From assembly GCF_036321535.1 (NCBI RefSeq), contig NC_087437.1:10542001-10606000 (forward strand): 64,000 bases of DNA, in the 5' to 3' direction. Origin of the DNA: Camelus dromedarius. Lineage: Eukaryota. Position 1 is the first letter of the stretch. Every line of letters begins with the position of its first letter. This document shows, one piece after another, positions 27,025 to 40,119 of the stretch. Made by a program: the position numbers and the translations under genes. The notes under the pieces were generated by a model that was not told where the DNA came from, made no database searches, and saw only the letters and a program-made list of their open reading frames with translations.

Positions 27025-27832
27025 GGATCTTACTTTTTAGAGCAGTTTTCGGTTCCCAGAAAAATTGAGCAGAAGATACAGATTTCCCATATATGCCCTG
27101 CCCCTACACATACCTAGTCTCCCCAACTGTCAATAACCCCCCCCCCCCCCAACTGAGTGGTACATTTGTTACAGTTGATGAGCCTATATTGACACATCAT
27201 TTTCACTCAGAGTCCACAGTTTACAGGAGGTTTCTCTCTTGGTGTTGTGTATTCTGTAGGTGTGGACAGATTCATAATGACATGTATTCACCATTATAAT
27301 ATCATATGGAGTAGTTTCACTGCCCTAAAATCCTCTGTGCTTTCCACCTGTTCATCTCTCCCTCCATGCAATCTCTGATCTCTTTACTGTCTCCATAGTT
27401 TTGCCTTTTCCAGAGTGTCACATAGTTGGAATCATACATTATGTAGCCTCTTCAGACCAGCTTCTTTTCACTGAGAAACATGCACTAAAGTTCCTCCATG
27501 GCTTTTCATGGTTTGGTAGCACTGAATAATATTCCGTTGTCTAGATATACCACAGTTTATTTATCCGTTCACCTACGGAAGGATATCTTGGCTACTTCCC
27601 AGTTTTGGAGTAAAGCTGTGTAGTAAACATCTGTATGCTGGCTTTTATATGGATATAAGTTTTCAGCTCCTTTGGGTAAATGCCAAGCAGTGTGATTGCT
27701 GGACATGTAAGAGTGTAGTTTTGTAAGAAACTGCCAAACTGTCTTCCAGCATGGCTGCACCATTCTGTATTCCCACCAGCAGTGTATTGAGAGTTCCTTT
27801 TGCTCCACAGCCTTGCCAGGATTTGGTGTCTT
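27025..27832 (-). mobile_element. L1MC1-like 3' end with ORF2 C-terminal remnant
   Basis: 'tttttagagcagttttcggttcccagaaaaattgagcagaag...gagtggtacatttgttacagttgatgagcctatattgacacatcat'. The minus ORF contains HCWWEYRMVQPCWKTVWQFL. Confidence 0.9.
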
Positions 27833-28564
27833 GAAAGCTTTCTGTGGAGTTTCTGCCAATAACAATGGTTTCAGCTTTGGCATAATTGATACTTAGCTGT
27901 TCTGACAGTAATAGGCTAATAGATTCAGCTGCTTCTTGAGTCCCTTTTATGGAACATACTAATAGGGGCATGTCAACATAGTGGAGGACACTGACCTTTT
28001 TAAAAAATATATTTGGGGAAAGGTCTTATTTCAGAGCTGTAATGATTTGTGAGGTATATGTTTTTTAAAAAAAGGGTGATTGGAACACAGCCCTGTTAAA
28101 TTTTAAGGAGCATAATTGCTACAGCGTAAGACCATTTTAGTTATTTTGATTTTTATAGTATTTTGGTAAAGACTTAAAAGGAGCATTAAAAGACTTGACT
28201 TTATGCTAATGTTATAGAGCTTGGTCCATTGATAGATTAAGAACTCAGGGTAAGATTTTTAAAGATACATACACACACACACATATACACACGCGTATAT
28301 ATCTCTGTGTGTGTATAAACAATAGCAAAATCAAAGTGTTCTTAACCCTTTAGTGGTTTAAAAGTTTGGTGAAATGGCATAAGGCAGTGGTACCTTAGAA
28401 TAGATGGGCCTAAGCTTCCTGTTTTTTTTTTTCTTTTTTTTTTAAACAAGCTTCTAGTTTGGGCAAGCCAGACCACAGTCTGTTTGTAACTTGTGCTCCC
28501 GTCTCCCCACAGAGGACTTGCAGTGAGTAAGGACACAGCAGCGACAACAGAGGCAGCTGTGGTC

Positions 28565-28755
28565 AACGTTTGTTGAGTCCTTACTGGAGCTGGGTGCACA
28601 GTCTTGTCTAATCCTACACCAGTCATACCATGTAGGGACTGCCATTATCTGTGTTTTGCAGTTGAGAAAATGATGCTTCAGGAAGTTAAGTAACTTGCCA
28701 GAATTTTACATTCTGGGAGATGGAGGTGGATGCAAGCCTCAGAAGTCTGACCTTT
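28565..28755 (-). mobile_element. MIR
   Basis: 'tttgcagttgagaaaatgatgcttcaggaagttaagtaacttgcc'. Confidence 0.8.
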
Positions 28756-29815
28756 GCTCCCAATCTCTATAGAGAAGAAATGCAAACCAGAATAAATGTC
28801 CAAACCAGGAAGAAAAAGAAAACAGTGAATGTTCATGTCTTTAGGGCCCACAGCTATTATGACTAAACCAAAAATTTGACTCTGAATTTCCTAGAGCAAA
28901 AGAAAAAAAAAAGGTGAGGGAGGGTGAACGGGTGTGGGAGAATACCACATGAAACCATTTTCTTAGGACTTAATTCTCAGAGTTCCCCTGAGGGAGCCTC
29001 CAGAGCAGACTCACTGGTTGGGAATGATTTCTTCAGTAACATTTACTTTATTATAGGTGGTGATGGGTTTAATAGGACTGCTTTTTTTTTTTTTTTTTTA
29101 TCCCACAGCGAAACTTGAGGCCAGAGTGCCAAAGCATGATTCGGTAATAATTCATTGAGAATTCATGCCATGTTGATACGAACCAAGCGTGCATGGAACA
29201 GTTTGCTCTCTCTATAAAATCCAGAATGCTGAGAGGAATGGAATAGATAGCCTGCACATTTGCCAGTTAATCCTAGGCTTTGTGTAGACTTCAGAAGTTA
29301 AAATGAGCAGATAGTAGAGTTAACATCTCTGATGATTGAGAAGTATAAGCAAGGAACATAGTGATGATGATTGTTCATTTTATTAAGCTCACAATTGAAT
29401 GGGTAATTATCCCAAACTGGGGGACTACCATGGAAGCCAAGAAGGTAAATTTTCAGTAAGAAGATATTTTTCAGTCCTGTGAAATGTGCAGAGAGATGAC
29501 ATGTTAGATAAGGACGGAAATGTGTCTACATTTCAGAGACCGGTTTTATGTATCTTAGCACTTAGCACGCACTGGAGTGTTGCAGGGTGGAAACCCTAAT
29601 ATACAGGGCCCAGGAGTGAGTGCAGGGTGAGGAATTGGCCAGTCTCTGTGTAGACTTTCTTGCAGTTGCATGTTGTATTGGGGAGTGGGAGAAAACCAGA
29701 AGCTGGTGACCCCAAGGTTGAAAGAGGATTTTTGTATAAGGATTTGAAGAGGCCTGAGACTGTATATGCAGTAAGGAGAAGGAACAAATGGAGAAGGAAG
29801 AACTGAAGATAAAAA

Positions 29816-29940
29816 GTAACCTATAATGAAAAAGAATATGACAAGGAATATATATATGTATATGTATGACAAACATCATGCTCTACACCAGAAATCAGTG
29901 CAACATTGTAAACTGACTATTCTGTAATAATAAAAAAAAA
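29816..29940 (+). mobile_element. Severely 5'-truncated L1 3' end (~125 bp)
   Basis: 'gtaacctataatgaaaaagaatatg...ctctacaccagaaatcagtgcaacattgtaaactgactat' plus an A tail. Flanking ACTGAAGA at 29802-29809 and 29949-29956 is a probable TSD core. Confidence 0.85.
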
Positions 29941-31913
29941 GGCAAAAGACTGAAGAAAAAAAAAAAAAACCCAAGCAGTAATCAGTGTTGTAGGGTGCAT
30001 GTGATGGGGCCAAGGGGCTGGAATTTGGATCACTGAGGGAGGCAAATGGATCCGCTCCCCTGAGAAGTAAGTGACTCTCCTGCTTCACTCCTCCACCCTC
30101 CCCAATCCTACAGGGAAGTGCAGATGGGGACGAGGGGGCTTCTAGAAAAGGTGGACGAAGTCCAGATGTGAGTTGAGTGCCTGGCCCAACTGGAGAGGCG
30201 ACTGGGACCAGCAGCCATTCTCTCCTCACCCTGAAAATGGGGCTGTTGTGGGAGTTGGGAATTAGGGGAACTGGCTTGGAAGATGGAATGAGCTAGAGAG
30301 TGACGGAGAAACCAACCCAGAGTCCTAGGGAAAGTACAGATGTGTTCCTTTCTGTGCTTCTTCCAGTGGTTGGTTTTGCTTTTGTACCTACTGGCTCCCT
30401 CTGCCTCTGGGCTCCCTCGTTGGGGAATGCACGTGGGGAGGGCCACGGGAGCTACTGCTAAGGACCTGCCCTGTCCGCTCTCACAGGAAGTTTGTTTTAG
30501 GTGGGCGATGCATTTGGGAGTAACTTGAAGTTGGCCTGTAGAGTTCAAAGTGAAAGACCGAAGGCCTTAGAGCGTATGCTGCCGTTGGGGACACAGTGAA
30601 GTAAAGAAATGGGGATGGTGCTCAGAGACTGAACTGCGCAGGGGCACTGCCTGCCCAGGTCAGCTCTCACCACCCAGAGGGAGAGGGCTTCAGGGCTGGG
30701 TGAGGGGCGGCAGAGAGACGGGGAAGAGCAGAGGGCTAAGTAAGGGAATGTCGTCAATTCTGGGCCCCAGCCAACAGCTTTTAGTTGATATTTCAGCAGG
30801 AGCAGCAGCAGCTGAAGTAGATTGTGCAGGGCGCTGGAGCGCTTGTGGGCAGAACGCAGAGAGCCCCACGTCAGTGCACGTAGAGAGAAACAGAGAACGG
30901 AAAACCATGGGTAGCTTCATATGGTGAAGGGCCTAGTCGAAAAGGGGGACAATTTTCACCCTATTTTTAAATGAACAACATATTTTCTCAGGCCCTGGTA
31001 GCCTGATGGAGACATGAATCAAGACATAGGGGCCACAGTAACACCAGGAACCAGGGGTTCCTCCTAAGTCTTGGTTTGGAGCCTGTTCTGCCGCCTTGTC
31101 CAGCTGCAGGCCCTGAGTGGCTCACACAGTTACTGTGTGGTTACTCCCCAGCGGCAGGGTGTCAGAGAGGTCCCTACTCTGGGCCCTTGTCTCTGTTGCA
31201 GTCGACTCCTGTTTTTACTCCTTCTCCTCTGGTGACTAGTGGGGTCCCCCTGCCTCGAGATCTTCCTTATCTGAGGTAAGGGTCAGAAATCTTCCTCTCC
31301 TGATGGCACCCCCAGTCATTGGGGTAGGACCACCTATGGGTGTAGGGCATGTGCTGGGATGGCGGATTTGTGCAGACCGGACTTGGCCCACTTGTCTTTG
31401 GCTCTCCCCGCAGTCCTTCCTGCCAGAGCCCCTGGGCCTGGGCTGTGCTGTTCCTCGGGGAGAAGGCTGGAACCAAGCCTCCGGGTCAGGGGAACCCTGG
31501 GTCTGACCTGTGAGCACCAGAGCTGAGGCTTGGCCCACCTCTCCGCAGGGCTGAGCCCACTGTCCTCCTAGCCGAGGTTTTGTGTGGGTCACGTATTCGG
31601 CCCTGGGGAGCTGTGGAGCACATACAGATAGGAGAGGGGTGGGCTCTGATACAGGTACCAACCCAGTGTTTGTCTCTGAGTTTTCTGTCTCTATGACCCA
31701 GCAAAGGAAATCAAAAGGAAATGGTTTGTGTGAACACATCATTACTGGCTTTTGGTATTTCCAGCTCCCTGTCAACTCTTGTTTGTGTGGACATTTGTTT
31801 CCAGTTATAATGCTTAACAACAGTTTCAGAAATTCATTTAATAGTTTCTCCTGGGTGTTCAGTTGTTTTTCTCAAGCAGATTTGGTTTTCAGTCACAAGT
31901 CCTGGATTAAAAC

Positions 31914-32391
31914 TGTTAAAGAGAAAAACAACAGGCCCAAAATGGTGCCACTCATGCTAGAGCCCATGATACCAAACCTAGACTTAATGCCTGACTTAAA
32001 TGCAGTTTTGATCTTCCCCGGAAATGTAATCTTAATCAACCAGCCTGGAATTTTCTTTTCAGCACCAGTTGGTAATCTGTCATGTGGGCCCTCCCCCCCA
32101 CCCCACCCTCTGAAGAAGAAATTTATCTGATAAAGCCCCTGTGTTCCTGCCCAGCTCCCCCCACCCCACCAAAGACGTCCTGGCCTGAAAATAATTATTT
32201 TCTTTTGCTAATAGCTCCCTTGTCCAACCCCTCTTCCTATAAAAACCTTCCATCTGGTACATCCACCTCCCACCCCCAGCGCCCTTCTAGTTGTTGGATA
32301 GAAGGCTGCCCCATTTATGACTCACCTAATAAAGCCAATTAGACCTTCACATTTACTTGGTTAACGTCTGCTTTTTTTTTTTTTTTTAACA
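31914..32391 (+). mobile_element. Solo LTR, ERV1 class (MER34/MER4-group-like)
   Basis: Termini TGTTAAA...TTTAACA (7-bp inverted) with a perfect 4-bp TSD AAAC (31910-31913 / 32392-32395). TATAAAA at ~32238 and AATAAA at ~32328. Confidence 0.9.
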
Positions 32392-32715
32392 AAACGACAG
32401 TTGCCTAACATTTATGAAATCATCCTGACAACTGAACCTTATACCTCATCCATTTACAGGCTGTGATCCTGCTTGCATCTTCTCTGATCTGTGAGCACCT
32501 TGGAGGGAACAGATTTTATCTTGTTCATTCCCCTATTACCTATGCTTAGCATGCAGTAGCACTCAAAAATGAGATGATAGCAGTGATGAGGAGAACGTGG
32601 ACCTTGAGTTTCTGGAACTTGTAGTCTGATGGGCCTTCAAAAGATAATGCATGTGAGTGTGTTGGGGTTTGTGTGTGAGAAGGGAGAGTTGTGTGGGTGG
32701 GAATATGGGATATGG

Positions 32716-33246
32716 TATGTTGGTCAGGGTTCTCCAGAGAAACAGAACCAATAGGATATATGTATAGAGAGAAAGACTGATTATAAGAAATTGGCTTACC
32801 TGGGTTTGGAGGCTGAGCATTCCCAAGATCTGCAGTCGGCAGTCTGGAGACCCAGAGTCACTGGTGCAGTTCCAGTCTGAGTTGGAAGGCCTGAGAATCA
32901 GGAGAGCTCAGGGTGTACATTTTAGTCCAAAAGCTGGCAGGCTCCAGACCCCAAAAGAGCTGCTGTTTCAGTTTGAGCTGAAAGCAGGAAAAGACTGCTG
33001 TACTAGCTCAAGCAGTCAGGCAGGTGGAGTTCTCTCCTGCTCCAGGGAAGGTCAGCCTTTTTATTCTATTCAGGTCAACTGATGGGATGAGGGCCACCCA
33101 CATTAGGGAGGGCATTCTGCTTTACTTAGCCTGTTGTGCAAATGTTCATCTAATCCAAAAACATCCTCACAGGCACACTCAATCATTTTTGACCAAATAT
33201 CTGCCCTCCCCGCCAGTCAAGATGACACACAAAATTAACCATCACT
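32716..33246 (-). mobile_element. MLT2B-like ERVL solo LTR
   Basis: 'gtcagggttctccagagaaacagaaccaatagg...gtcaagatgacacacaaaattaaccatcac'. 5-bp TSD TATGG/GATGG with 1 mismatch. Confidence 0.9.
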
Positions 33247-34129
33247 GATGGTTTGTGCTTCTAAAATAACTTTATAGTACAAAATGCAATATAATCATCT
33301 TTAAAGCATCATGAAGTAAGTGAGTGAACTTCTAAAATTGCTGAATTAGGGATCATTCCCCCACTTGCCAGGACTATTTTCTTTTGAAGTTGATATAGTA
33401 CATGCTATTAAAAAGTGATTCATATGGTAACACACTTGACTGTTACTAGTGATTGACTCATTCTTGTGTAGAAACCCTCTGATACAATGGGCAGGAAAAG
33501 TGCTGTTGATAAAAGAGGTCAAATGTTATAGGACAGGGCTGTTGATTTAAAAATTATCTTTTGAAAGCATAGCAACAGTGAAGTGCTAGGCTGCTTGCTG
33601 TATTTTGTCTCCTGCATGTGGTGCTGATTTCTCATCTTGGATCGTGTCTGAAATCAGTGGCAGTTTGTGAATGCAAAAAGTTAGTATTTTGTGATTGCCT
33701 TTTAGGTTATGAAAACTCATATAGTTGAGGAAATGCCAGGATTCATTAAGAAGATGAATTTCAGTATCCATATATTCATTTATCTGTATGTTTCATGATT
33801 TATTCTTTATCTAGAATACTTTTTTTAAAAGGTTACACTGAATATTCTTGTGTATAAGTATTCTGCATAGCTCTTGTAATTTCTTTACAATAAATACTGT
33901 GGAGTTAATAAATAAATAAATAAGTGGAGTGAAGCTGTGCCGAACATTGTCCACTTTTGAACAGTATTAGTAAATACTCCTAACCGCCCTTATTTATTCA
34001 CTCTTATATAGCATAAATATTGATAATAATGGCTAGCTTGCATTGAATGCTGGTTGGAACCTGGGCTTTGTATGGATTGTTTAATCCTCAACCTTGTGAG
34101 GCAGGTGTTTAATATTGCCCATCAGGAAA

Positions 34130-34865
34130 CAGCAGAGTGCCTACTGTGTGCAGAGCACTGTGCTAGGCAGGAGGACGCTGTTTGTGAACAGAACAGCCAT
34201 TGTTGATGTCTGCATCCCAGGGGAGAAGACTGAGGGTCAGCAGCTACTCTCCATGTATTTAATTGACATGTTGAGAGGGCTATAAAGGAGACATTTCAGC
34301 TACTTTGAAAGTGTATCACACAGGGTGTGGGAAGCAGTGGCAAGAAAGAAGCTGTCTTTGAAAAAACCACCTTTGCAGCCTAAGTTGAGTAGGCAGAATT
34401 GGGGAAGGAGTGTTTTAGGCTGAGGAGGCAGCATGTGGATAACAGGTGAGCAAGTTCTAGGAACTTAAATGGACTCAGTGTGCCTGGAATTGTGAGGTGT
34501 CTAGGGGAGAGTGGCAGGGGCTAGATCACGCAGGGTCTTTTGGCTCTGCTAAAGATTTTTGGGTTTTCTTTTTGTAAGAGCAGTAGGAGACCGATGTAAT
34601 GTTTTAATGGAGGAGTTCCAAGAGGATTTACTTTTTAAAAAGAACACTTTGATAGACGAGATTATACTGTATAGCACAGGGAAATATACACAAAATCTTA
34701 TGGTAGCTCACAGAGAAAAAAATGTGACAATGAGTATGTATATGTCCATGTATGACTGAAAAATTGTGCTGAACATGAATTTGACACAACATTGTAAAAT
34801 GATTATAAATCAATAAAAATGTTATTAAAAAAAAGAACACTTTGACTGTTATGTGGACAATGTGT
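34130..34865 (-). mobile_element. L2 fragment, interrupted by a short L1
   Basis: L2 3' end 'gagtgcctactgtgtgcagagcactgtgctaggc' followed by L2 body. L2-like sequence resumes after the L1 insert ('tttgactgttatgtggacaatg'). Confidence 0.75.
34653..34829 (+). mobile_element. Young 5'-truncated L1 3' end (177 bp) with perfect 16-bp TSD
   Basis: TSD AAAAAGAACACTTTGA at 34637-34652 and 34830-34845, at a canonical TTTT/AAAA endonuclease site. AATAAA plus A tail. Same 3' UTR as the copy at 60269-61222. Confidence 0.95.
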
Positions 34866-37800
34866 TTGTAATGTATGACACTGTCAATTGCCCTATAATT
34901 TTCTGCAGCCATATTATCATCAATTTGATAAATAGAGGTGCTTAGATTTCTTAAACAGAAACCAGAAACTTAAAAAAGAAATCCATAATCACAGGATTGT
35001 TGGTGGTGGGGCGTTGAAAGGGTGGCTTGTGGGAGAAGGAAGGAATGATTCAAGGTTTAGAAGTCCAGGAACTTCCATTTCCTTTCTGTCACGGTGTCCA
35101 GAAGAATAAATTTGCATTTGAAGCAGAAGATGTTGCCCAGCAGGTCAGATTCATTAAAAATCTGAACTTGAGCTTCTTTCTGTTCATAGTAATGGTTGCC
35201 TCCATCCCATCTGATCTCCACAGACCACAACAGAGAGGATGTCACATAAGATACTGAAGGCTTGGTAGATTGATAAGACATGCTATTAGGAAGACAAGTA
35301 GAGATAAGCTTATTTTTATTTTATTTTGTCTTACAATTTCTTTCCCTTTTATCTGTCTCTTGATGCCAATAAGAGTAGGACAGCCACCTGGCATATGCAT
35401 AGGTTGGTTGTGGAAGTTGCTCCATTATTTTCAGATACTCATTTCTTTTTAACAGCTCCTTCAATAGGTTACCTGCCTCCTACACTTTTTTCCCTAAGAT
35501 ACAGATAGTAAATTACAACCCATTTCTTAAGAGTTGTAGTTCTATAAAAGGTGTACTTTTTCTAATTGTTTCTTTTACATTTGTTTTACTTTCAAAAAAG
35601 AAGCCTTTTAAAAATTGAATACTAGAAAACTGTTTTGTTCTTGAGTAAGTTAAAAATAATTAACTGAAAACTTTTAATATAAAGTAAGGAAAGGTTAATT
35701 TCCATTAGCAGAGAACTTCCTTTCATTTACCTTCTTAAGGGAGGAAGTTTATAAAAACATTAATATATTTCATAATGCTTCCGCCTTCTAAAATGTATGA
35801 ATCCTGTCTTATAGTGGGATCATGACACAGATTTGTTTGTCAAATGATCATGCTCCTATTTCCTTTGATTGCTTAGAGTTAAACTTGAGTGCAGCAAAGC
35901 TCCAAAAATCACAAGGAGAGAAGGGGGTTGTGTTTTGAGATTTTTAATCATTATGAACAAAAATAGAAAGTTTTCTCAAGCAAGCATTTATACTTTTGTT
36001 TGTTTTTGTTTCTAGTCTTGATTGTGATTTTGAGATTATTTCATTATTTAATAAAGATTGATAAAGAAAAACTAATTGTATTAATATTTTAACAGAATAA
36101 TTTTTTTGGACTTTCCTAAGGAAGAAGTAAAGAAGTTCTTTTTTAAAAAAAATTCTTTAAAACAAAACAAAATGAAACTGAGCTAGTTTAAGCAGTTGCA
36201 GTGTTCTGGGAAGACAAAAGCTTTGATGTACAAGCTTTTGATAGTAGACGTTCTGACCATATCATGTATGCTTTCTTAATAATGTCTGACATTATCAAAT
36301 TGATTAACTCAACATGGGGCCTAATCAGATTTAACTGGTTGGCAGCTGTATGCTAGAAGAAGCGTAATACAGAGGGGGAATGAAAGTAGCTTTTTGATAA
36401 GCTGTATTAAATACAAAACTAATAAGTATATCAGAAGTGTTCGTTATTTCACAGCAATATGTAACACTGTTGTTTCACTTAGTAGTTTTCCCAGATCTTT
36501 GCTAACTTCTATTTTCAAAGATTGGCTACTGCCAAAAGCTAGACTTGCTGATTAGATTTTCATCTAATAATTGATGGTGTGGGTTTCCGGCATTTATGAT
36601 TTCCTGCAAGCTTCAAAGTTCAACAAAGTTTGGATCCATATATTGTGTTTACTGTGTAAACCTCATAAACTAACCAACCCCTCTAAGAGCTAAAGCCCAA
36701 ACCACTGATTACTTTTCCTACGATCAACTTAACTATTTCTCTGAGATATTAGTTATTGCAAAAATAATTGTTTCCCTTCTTGCTTTTAAAAAATATTATC
36801 ACGAGAAGTTAATAAATAATACGTAAGAGTCCTAAATTAAGAGATTGTGATGAATTCTGATCCTGCCAATAACTATTGCCTCAGCCCTAGAGTTTAGTTA
36901 GATCCGTTCACAGGCGTTTAGTGAGTGCCTACTATGTGCAGGCCATTCAGGGCTTTACAGTTTTGACCAAAACAGCAAAGATATGAGTTTCTTTCAAAAC
37001 ACTATTTTGATGTGCTGAGAATCCCTGCGAGGCTAGCAATCATAAATTAAGCTTTGAGGGCTAATTTTCAACTATTGAGAAATAGGCATGAGAAAATAGT
37101 CTGAATTTCTAAATTGTGTTGCATAGAGTGTATGCACAGAATTTTCTATTCCACTGGGTGTAACATACAGATTTTAATCAGTGTTCTAAAGCTATTAAGC
37201 TAATAAAACTGTAAATGAATAGTCAAATATTATCCAGTCATATGTTATCATTTGGAACAAAGGTAGCAAAATAGCTGATAAATGAGTGGAAAGGTATGTA
37301 AATTATGCGGAGCAATTCTCACCTCCTGAGAAAAAAGTAACTATTTCAGAGGACAGTTTTTCAAATAAATATGCGGTCAACTATACTTAGCTGGCTTATA
37401 TATTAACACATAATCATGTTAAATGCATGTATGAGAAATAACGTATATTAAATTTCTTGTGTTGCTTAAGATTTCTCAATTAGTATAATATCATGACTAG
37501 TTTTAATCCAGAAAGCTAAATATATTTAATTTAGGAAAAAGAAGCAATTTCTGTCATTTTAAGAAGGTATATTGCCCTCCCTGACAGATCCTCATTGTAA
37601 GATAATATAATTTTCAAAAGTTTGAAAAGTCTCTAAGTGTATGAAACCAGATAACTTACTCAAACTTAACTATAATCTTGCAGATAAGAATGAGAATAAA
37701 AATATTCCAGCTTTCACTGTCGCTTTAATTTATGTCTAGGACATGTAGGTACACAGAAGCATTTGTTGAATTTAATGTATGCTTCCTACGTGTAGCTTTC

Positions 37801-38762
37801 AAAAGATATTGAGCAATTGTTTAACTGTACCAAGTTATCAGTGGTAACCACGTGATTAATAATAATTTATGAAATCTGAAACTAATTCAGTATAAGAGGA
37901 ATTGATTTGTGGTATTATTCAGCAATAAATTTTGCATAAGTATAGCACTAAAACCTAAATTGCCAAAACTCTAGCAGTGTAGAACCAGACATAGCAATAT
38001 TAGATATGATTTATGACCTACTGATAGTTGAAACAGATATTCACATGGTCATTTTGTGGGTTTTTTTGATCATATAGTAATAAATCATTCAGCAGACTAA
38101 ATTATTACTTTTTAATGTTAGAACTTACATACACTTTACTGATCAGATCTTGAGTCACTGTGTAAGTTTTTAAAGGTAGATGGTTGGGTAGAGTAAACTC
38201 ACCATTTAATTTATTCTCTCTATAAACATGGTTTTAAGACAACTGTCATTCTTATTAATTGTATTATTATTTAATTTTTAGGTAATAAATTGACAGATTC
38301 CATTCAGTAGTTGAAGCGTGATTTCTGTCTTCAGTAGCTTTATCACCACTCGCTCACTGATGCTGAAAATCAATTAGTGGTCAACAATGCCTTTCATTCA
38401 CCTATTAGAAGGCCGTAAATGCAAATAAGGCTGGGAGAGAAAACATGTTTGACTTATTGCCACATTAAGATTCAAAGCATTTATACCAAATTCTTTTTCT
38501 TAGGAAGCTTTGATAGAGAAGGGAACACAGTGGGATGGGATGGAGCTTGTAGCAAAGGTAGGTTTGGGTACCAAAGATAAATAACTTATTATGACCTACT
38601 TTAAAATTTTGCCGAGGGCAGTCCCTATAAGTCCCTCTATACAGTTTGGGAGGTTTTTTTTTTGTTTTGTTTTTGTTTTTGTTTTAAACTCTCTCGTTTG
38701 CAGCTCTCTCTGGTGTTCAGAATTGCACCCCTAAGTGTAATTTGTTAACGGTGAGTAGTTTG

Positions 38763-38814
38763 CTGCTGCTCGTATTCTTTGGGAAGTGAAACTGCTGCTC
38801 GTATTCTTTGGGAA
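38763..38814. repeat. Local tandem duplication, period 29 bp
   Basis: CTGCTGCTCGTATTCTTTGGGAA is present identically at 38763-38785 and 38792-38814. Confidence 0.95.
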
Positions 38815-40119
38815 ATGCAAATGTACATATACTGTGGTCCCCCTTACTCTTACAGGAAGAGCTGATATGGACCAGGGTCACACTGGTGCCACTTTTAACT
38901 GGGAACTTTTGAGGTATTATGAAGGAGACTAGACATGGCACACAATCTCTGCTTTGTTTCACATTTTGCGCTCTTTTTTCCTGTGTGTAGTTAGCCGTTG
39001 ACAGGTGTTGAGGTTGCTGTTTATTTGGGAAGCCTACTGACCTAACAGCAGCCCTGCTGACTAGCTTGTCCTTTTCACTCAGAAATGCTATCTTCTTTTA
39101 GTGTCACTTGCCATAATTGTCCTAACACACTGCTTGGCATGTCACCTTCTGCTTGGGCTCGGTTAATTTTTGTTGAATAAGGAATGAATACTGGAGACTC
39201 AGCCTCTCTCTATCTGCTTCTCATTCTCCTTTTCTGTTTTCACTGATTCTGCTCTTGTCGCCTTCTCTCTTATATTACACTCAGAACTCCCCCAGAGGAG
39301 CAGGTTGGTCAGTTACCATCCAGTCTAGGGTGACCAGCGTTCTCACACCAGCTGCCACCGAGACCTCCAGTCTCTCTTCTTTTCAGCCTTTGGTGGGTTG
39401 CCTTTGACTAGGGTGTGGAGTCCAGTTCTCACTGGCTGTGGCTTGAGGGAATGGCTGGCCTGACTCAGAACTTAGGGACTCAGTCACTCATGGGTGGGCA
39501 GGGATTACTGTGGTTGGCTGTTAGTAGAGTTTGAGTGGAAAATGCATTTTAACATCCAAACATGCTACTTATACATGAGCCCAGAAACATTAGTTTTTAT
39601 GGGGGATACAATGTGTGGAAAGCATGTATACTTGTATTATGAAGGTTAAAAGTAAAGCTTTTAATGGAAAAAGTTGTATTTTTGTCTAAAGGAAGAATTT
39701 TTAGAGATGTCATGCTTATTTTAAGTGTATCTAATTATATCCGTTTGTATCTACTTACGTCCACTTATATTTTAGGTACATCCCTATATCCATATTTAGG
39801 TATATCTTCTTATATCCACCATGAGATGTCTTCATGATATTAAAAAGTACAATTGTGGTCCAACATTAATAAAGCTAAACACTTCATTAAAAAAATCTAT
39901 TTTTCTTCAACTTTCTGTAATTTATCTTTGATGTTAAAAGTAAATAACCAGAAAATCTTTTGAATGGAAAAATATTTCTGAAAATTCCTTTAACATTAAC
40001 ATTATAAATCTATTAAATCCTTTAGAAATCTGTGAAATACAGAATAGTTTGAATTACTTTTATTGAAGTACTTATAGGCCAGATTTTCAAAAGTGGGTCT
40101 GTTATGTATTAATGAAGCA

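Noticed and set aside
31236..32130. 194-aa and 182-aa ORFs as protein-coding genes
   Set aside because: No recognisable domain; they lie in GC-richer sequence where stops are rarer, and one runs into an LTR.
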